Below are positions 59,355 to 64,000 of a DNA stretch of 64,000 nt, piece by piece. The DNA is from Escherichia phage ECO4: sequence record NC_054911.1; one strand, written 5' to 3'. The notes beneath the pieces are model-generated. The model was not told the origin of the DNA, did not search any database, and worked only from the letters and a program-made list of their open reading frames with translations. Within the stretch, counting starts at the first letter, position 1. The number at the start of each line of letters is the position of its first letter. The position numbers were made by a program, and so were the translations under genes.

Positions 59355-60376
59355 TAGTTCAGTGCATTTAGTGCATTGTTCAGTTTAGAACGTTGCTTCG
59401 TAAGATTTTTGACTTTTTCTTGAGCTTTTTCTAGCATCTTTTCAGCTTCTAGCACTTCATTGGTCACTTTAACGAGTTCATCATCTACTGCCTTAAGAGA
59501 CTTCTCAATCGCATCGGCGTGCCATTTTTCTACAGGTTTAAAATTTGAATTTTCAGTAGGAAGAAAACTCACTTTATTAAGTTTACATGCATCTATATTG
59601 CTTGAGCTATACATCCAAAATTTAGGATCGTTTGATGAGTAATTGGATAAATTTAAGATATCTTGCACTTCCTGCTTTTTCTCTTGCGGGACTTCGTCCT
59701 TTCTCAAAAAATCGTATTTAAATGAAACGATCATATCAAGTTCATATGTTGTTGTGTCTAATTTAAATCGCTCAAAACGAGGTAAAATCTTAGACTGAAC
59801 AGCGGCAACAACATCCATATACTTAAATGCTTCTGTCAACTGCGATTTAAGGCATTCGCAAATTGAAAGAGAATTTTTTGTATTAGGTTTAAAGCTAATT
59901 CGCGCAGTTCTGTTATTTTCTTTTAATGGTCTTACTTCCATCTGAAGAGTATAACCATCAAATTTCAGGTTCTTTAAGTTAATGTCAGAACCTTTTAATC
60001 GACTAGCAGTCGACAAAATTTGCTTTAATTGTCTACGGAACAGAGCAATAAATCTCCATTCAATACGATAATGATTTGGATTGAAAAATCCAGATGATAA
60101 ATCGACCTTACTTTGACCAACGCCTTGAACAAATAGAGGATTTTTATAATCAATAGTTTTACAGAAATCTGTGAGCTGCTCACGAGCAGTCATTTGTGTA
60201 ATATACCCCGCTTTACTAAAATTACTCACCCATTCACTGCTATTTAGATATTTAAAGTGATGAATAGCATGATTAACTTTATCAGGGTCTAAATTATTTT
60301 CACACAAAAATGTCATAACATTACGAGTATCGCTGGCAGTACGAACCATATCTTCAATTTGAGAACGAGTTTTCAT
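59354..60376 (-). CDS. Paralog family member 3 (340 aa) with C-terminal coiled coil
   Basis: N-terminus MKTRSQIEDMV...; motif WRFIALFRRQLKQILSTASRL; SD AAGGA. Confidence 0.65.
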   Translation of the reverse strand: MKTRSQIEDMVRTASDTRNVMTFLCENNLDPDKVNHAIHHFKYLNSSEWVSNFSKAGYITQMTAREQLTDFCKTIDYKNPLFVQGVGQSKVDLSSGFFNPNHYRIEWRFIALFRRQLKQILSTASRLKGSDINLKNLKFDGYTLQMEVRPLKENNRTARISFKPNTKNSLSICECLKSQLTEAFKYMDVVAAVQSKILPRFERFKLDTTTYELDMIVSFKYDFLRKDEVPQEKKQEVQDILNLSNYSSNDPKFWMYSSSNIDACKLNKVSFLPTENSNFKPVEKWHADAIEKSLKAVDDELVKVTNEVLEAEKMLEKAQEKVKNLTKQRSKLNNALNALN

Positions 60377-60384
60377 GGTATTCC

Positions 60385-61275
60385 TTAAGATTTAAGTAAA
60401 TCGACAATTTTAATTAACTTTTCACGCTCAGATTTAGCTTTACTACTCAATCCAGATAGTCTGAAAATTTCATCATCATATTGTTGAATAGAAACATTCA
60501 GCTCTTCAATCTGTTTATTAAAATAATCAATTTGTTCAAAATGTTTTTCGTTACTATGAACTGGTACAGGTTTTGTAGGCAATGTAGTTGAACTGGATTC
60601 ATCCGGGCGATAAATTAAAATACAACTTGAACCAATAGGGCATTTTGCACCAGATGAATATTCTAATGTTCCAGATTCTTTTAAAACTTCAAAAGCTAAA
60701 CAGAGATGATGCCCCATATTAACATAATCTGTAGAGTGAGCTCTGATGTAATAATCATCGCCACGAGTACTAAATTTAAAGCATTTAAGGTCTTCTGTAT
60801 TATTAGTCTTAAAAATCATTTGTTTATCTAGACCTTTAGCTAATCGAGCGCCTAATGCTAATAATCGTCTTTGATTTTCCCACAAATCCGCAATCATTTG
60901 ATCGAATGATAATTTTGGCATTAGTCGACCATAAAGGTCATATCCTTTATTATAATTACGAAGGATTTCACTCGCGTTAATACGAGACAATGCTCCAATT
61001 TTATTAAGGGCTTTCATAATGCGATTAGATAAACTCATTCCAGACCCATTTGTTCGCTGCAAATGTTTTTCTAATCCAAATCCAATATCAACTTTAAACT
61101 TATCTAAAATTTCTGCATGAACATCTCTGTCAATAACATTCAAATCCAAAGTTGGGTTAAATCTATGAAAAAATTTATCCGGCTCTCCACGGCGAAATAC
61201 AGTCCATTCATTCATCATTTTTTTATTAACTAAAGATTTAATTACTGCATTGACATTATTAATTACTACTGACAT
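60385..61275 (-). CDS. Paralog family member 4 (296 aa) with C-terminal coiled coil
   Basis: ATG 61275 with SD GAGGAAAAT; motif LWENQRRLLALGARLAKGL. Confidence 0.6.
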   Translation of the reverse strand: MSVVINNVNAVIKSLVNKKMMNEWTVFRRGEPDKFFHRFNPTLDLNVIDRDVHAEILDKFKVDIGFGLEKHLQRTNGSGMSLSNRIMKALNKIGALSRINASEILRNYNKGYDLYGRLMPKLSFDQMIADLWENQRRLLALGARLAKGLDKQMIFKTNNTEDLKCFKFSTRGDDYYIRAHSTDYVNMGHHLCLAFEVLKESGTLEYSSGAKCPIGSSCILIYRPDESSSTTLPTKPVPVHSNEKHFEQIDYFNKQIEELNVSIQQYDDEIFRLSGLSSKAKSEREKLIKIVDLLKS

Positions 61276-61282
61276 ATTTTCC

Positions 61283-61684
61283 TCACTCAATTTTACTAAT
61301 TACGCGAAATAAGATTGAACAGACTATATAAGTACCGCATATAGACTGAACTAATGCCATTCCAAAGAACCAAATAATATTATCAAACCATGTCTGTTTT
61401 ACGTCGAAAGGACGTAAACTTACAGTAATATTATCACCTTTTTCTATTGAAGAATACATCTCTGGGGAAATATATTCACTAAATCTATAACCGTCTTTGA
61501 GTTCATATACGGCAATAAACGATAAACTAGACCCTTTTCCTTGTGTTCCTGTAATGGTATTAACTACAGTAACATCATAATCTTTATAATGCATATAATC
61601 ATTAATTGCGTAATAACCATATGCAATTACTACACATAAACAACATATCAATAAATTCAATCTTTTAATTATCAACTGTTTCAT
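61283..61684 (-). CDS. Membrane protein (133 aa, N- and C-terminal TM segments)
   Basis: Hydrophobic LNLLICCLCVVIAYGYY and IIWFFGMALVQSICGTYIVCSILF. Confidence 0.6.
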   Translation of the reverse strand: MKQLIIKRLNLLICCLCVVIAYGYYAINDYMHYKDYDVTVVNTITGTQGKGSSLSFIAVYELKDGYRFSEYISPEMYSSIEKGDNITVSLRPFDVKQTWFDNIIWFFGMALVQSICGTYIVCSILFRVISKIE

Positions 61685-61739
61685 AATAATCTCAATTAAA
61701 AGGGCTTAGAACCATTATACCATCCTTGGTATAAAGCGG

Positions 61740-62267
61740 TTATGCGAGTACCGTCTTTAACCGTTCTTCAAACTTCCGAAGAGTATTTTGGCGTTCAGCT
61801 CTTTGCTTTTTGTAAGTTTCAATACGCTCTGAAATGAGAGTGTATCGTTCATTTACTGATTCTTTCATAAAATCAGGAATTTGACGAGAAGCTTTAATCT
61901 CGTCAAATTTATCAATAACAGCTTGCTCTTCAGCAATTAAGTTATCATACATTAAAATATCTTTCTTGATGAACTCAATATCTTCTTGAGTTACACGAGA
62001 TAATTTAGATGCTTTATCCTTTTTGTACTGTTCGTTAGTATCACGAGACCAGTGTAATGTACGATTTTTATTCGTATTCTTATAAATTTCTACAATACCA
62101 ATCTCATCAATAATAACGATCCAATTCCAACGGGATTTGTAAATTTGTCCTCCATCAACAGTGATTTCACCTCCGATTGAGATGTCATTAAAGAACTTGC
62201 TTTGTGCTTCAGATTTAAATTTACCATCGTTGTAATTTACCAAGTTGAAAATATCTTTAGCGTTCAT
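61740..62267 (-). CDS. Hypothetical protein (175 aa), coiled-coil C-terminus
   Basis: SD GGAGGAACAG before ATG; downstream of an early promoter. Confidence 0.6.
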   Translation of the reverse strand: MNAKDIFNLVNYNDGKFKSEAQSKFFNDISIGGEITVDGGQIYKSRWNWIVIIDEIGIVEIYKNTNKNRTLHWSRDTNEQYKKDKASKLSRVTQEDIEFIKKDILMYDNLIAEEQAVIDKFDEIKASRQIPDFMKESVNERYTLISERIETYKKQRAERQNTLRKFEERLKTVLA

Positions 62268-62293
62268 TTTCTGTTCCTCCGTAGTTGATAGTT

Positions 62294-62325
62294 GTATAGT
62301 ACCACAGAGGAACAGTCTTGTAAAC
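62294..62325 (-). promoter_or_regulatory. T4-type early promoter
   Basis: GTTTACA ... TGGTACTATAC; near-identical to 8858..8890. Confidence 0.55.
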
Positions 62326-62327
62326 CA

Positions 62328-62642
62328 CTAAAAGAAACTTCTTTCACAATTTTTTCCACTGAACCAGGCGCTCACTGCTTTCTTGGTCTCAGGAGCAGTG
62401 TTATCCATAAACCATTCAAAGGCAGCCTTTTTATGATTCTGGAGGGCTTCTCGGGCTTTAATCTGCTCACGGTCTATTAACACTAACATATGAGCCTTTC
62501 TTGTCACCATGGGCTTCTTATGATTTTTTGAATACTCCCAGTCATTTGTCCATCGCATTGTTGTTGCGAACTGAAATACTGCTTCTTTAATTTTAGTTTC
62601 GTAAATTTCACGAGCCTTTGAGTATAACATCACTACCTCCAT
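62328..62642 (-). CDS. Hypothetical protein (104 aa)
   Basis: ORF. Confidence 0.55.
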   Translation of the reverse strand: MEVVMLYSKAREIYETKIKEAVFQFATTMRWTNDWEYSKNHKKPMVTRKAHMLVLIDREQIKAREALQNHKKAAFEWFMDNTAPETKKAVSAWFSGKNCERSFF

Positions 62643-62731
62643 TCATCAGTTTAATTCTAGTCATCTTTTTAATGGCAGTCCATATAATCTATTTCTGAAC
62701 TGCCTTTTTGTCATAGAAGTCCTCTTATGAA

Positions 62732-63700
62732 TTATTTCAAAAGAGTAACCTCAGCAATTTCTTCCCAACCGTTTTTGTCGGTCATAATAAAGTCAGCAAG
62801 ATAAAGAGCAGTACGCAGTGAAACATTGCGTAAACGATTAACATTAACTTTCATCCATGATAATGCTTTATAAGTTTCTTCATCAGAAAGACCGCGCTTT
62901 TGCATCATGTCAGTTGAAAGAATAACATCTTCAACCCTGACCATAATTTCTTCATTAGTGTGAACACCCAAATCTAAATAAACCGAGCGGGACACTAATG
63001 CTTGTAAATGTGGAGCAAGTTTAGTACCACGGTCTAATTCGCGGTCAATGTCAACGTTTGTGATAAAAACAATCGTTCCTTTAAATTCAAACTCACGCTC
63101 AATGCCTTTTTCTTCTAAGTAAGAAGACGCAGTGCTCCAGCAGACTTTACGGGTCTCTCCAGTGTCCAGAGCGGCTTTTAGAAGATTAAGAATGTCCATA
63201 TCAGAGAAAACATCTACATCATCAATCAAAAGGACAGAATTCTCTTCACGATTATTCCAAAGCTGCTCATAAAGACCAATACCAGAGATTTTACCATTAA
63301 TGCTTTTATATTCAATGTATCCAATATCATTTGCTTTATTTAAAGCTTTATCTAAAGAATACGTTTTACCAATACCTGCTGCGCCAGAGATAATTAATGA
63401 ACGAATATTTCCGTTAATAATACCATTCGTCATCATTCCCATAACATTAAATCTTTTATTAATGCGGGTTTTCATATCTTCATATGATTCTTTAACTTCT
63501 TCAACTTTTACACCATCATATGAAATATCTGATTTGTAAACCCAAACACCGCGACGTTTACCGTCAATTTCAACAAAAACTTTACCATCTCCTTGTGCAT
63601 CTACCGGAGCATTATCTGGGAACCATTCGCCTAAGAGCTCAAAAGTTCCAGAGATTTCTTTACCGAAGTAGATACCCTTATTGATAGTTACAGTTTTCAT
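62732..63700 (-). CDS. P-loop NTPase (322 aa)
   Basis: Walker A GAAGIGKT and Walker B-like LLIDDVD; ATG 63700 with SD GGAG. Confidence 0.65.
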   Translation of the reverse strand: MKTVTINKGIYFGKEISGTFELLGEWFPDNAPVDAQGDGKVFVEIDGKRRGVWVYKSDISYDGVKVEEVKESYEDMKTRINKRFNVMGMMTNGIINGNIRSLIISGAAGIGKTYSLDKALNKANDIGYIEYKSINGKISGIGLYEQLWNNREENSVLLIDDVDVFSDMDILNLLKAALDTGETRKVCWSTASSYLEEKGIEREFEFKGTIVFITNVDIDRELDRGTKLAPHLQALVSRSVYLDLGVHTNEEIMVRVEDVILSTDMMQKRGLSDEETYKALSWMKVNVNRLRNVSLRTALYLADFIMTDKNGWEEIAEVTLLK

Positions 63701-63732
63701 TTTATTCTCCAAATCCGTATCAGTTGATAGTT

Positions 63733-63764
63733 GTATAGTACCATAAAGCTTTATGCTTGTAAAC
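63733..63764 (-). promoter_or_regulatory. T4-type early promoter (third copy of the cassette)
   Basis: GTTTACA ... TGGTACTATAC with UP-like A/T tract. Confidence 0.55.
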
Positions 63765-63794
63765 CGTTTTGTGAAAAAATTTTGAAATAAAAAA

Positions 63795-63813
63795 GGGAGC
63801 CCGAAGGCTCCCT
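63795..63813 (-). terminator. Rho-independent terminator (GGGAGCC-TTCG-GGCTCCC then T6)
   Basis: Stem-loop plus U-run on minus strand. Confidence 0.6.
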
Positions 63814-63814
63814 A

Positions 63815-63997
63815 TCATTTATAATAACTTCGATGGTTTTCAAGATAAACCCTCTCAAGGAAGTCATCCCAGAAACCCATGTCTACTTTTTGCTGCATAC
63901 CGTTCTTAGAAGCTTCAATGGATGCTGCTTCTACTTGATCGACCACATCTTCCAAAAACTCTTGAACAGTTTTAAATGGATGTTTACCCAACTTCAC
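63815..63997 (-). CDS. Hypothetical acidic protein (60 aa)
   Basis: ORF at right edge of window. Confidence 0.45.
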   Translation of the reverse strand: MKLGKHPFKTVQEFLEDVVDQVEAASIEASKNGMQQKVDMGFWDDFLERVYLENHRSYYK

Positions 63998-64000
63998 GTC

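Noticed and set aside
1-64000. tRNA, rRNA, CRISPR arrays, integrase or IS elements
   Set aside because: No cloverleaf-like or rRNA-like segments, no regularly spaced repeats, and no integrase or transposase-like ORFs were recognised; the only mobile-type genes are the two GIY-YIG candidates

Overview
This window is a contiguous stretch of a T-even (T4-like, Tevenvirinae) coliphage genome, almost entirely transcribed on the minus strand (early and middle genes). Only the left end (tail fibre gene 37 C-terminus, adhesin gene 38, holin t) and one small ORF are on the plus strand. Gene order is recognisable from protein sequence and length: 37-38-t | asiA-arn-motA-52-ndd-denB-rIIB-rIIA-39-(motB region)-dexA-dda-srd-modA-modB-soc-56-61-sp-dmd-41-40-uvsX-(glucosyltransferase)-42-imm-43-regA-62-44-45-rpbA-46-47-alpha-gt-55-nrdH-nrdG-nrdD-49-nrdC, followed by uncharacterised ORFs. 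Several traits point to a T2/T6-type relative rather than T4 itself: an uninterrupted 606-aa gene 39, a glycine-rich gp38 adhesin, a 282-aa glycosyltransferase where T4 has beta-gt, and no dam-sized ORF between 56 and 61. No tRNA, rRNA or CRISPR array was found. Regulatory signals seen are repeated T4 early-promoter cassettes (GTTTAC ... TGGTAnnAT), two MotA-box middle promoters, and many GNRA-tetraloop hairpins. The most interesting items are a tandem array of four paralogous coiled-coil proteins beside a P-loop ATPase (57.3-63.7 kb), two GIY-YIG homing-endonuclease-like ORFs, a 48-bp direct repeat duplicating a gene 3' end, and a plus-strand membrane ORF in the 56-61 gap. Gene names come from my recollection of T4 proteins; none were checked by database search.
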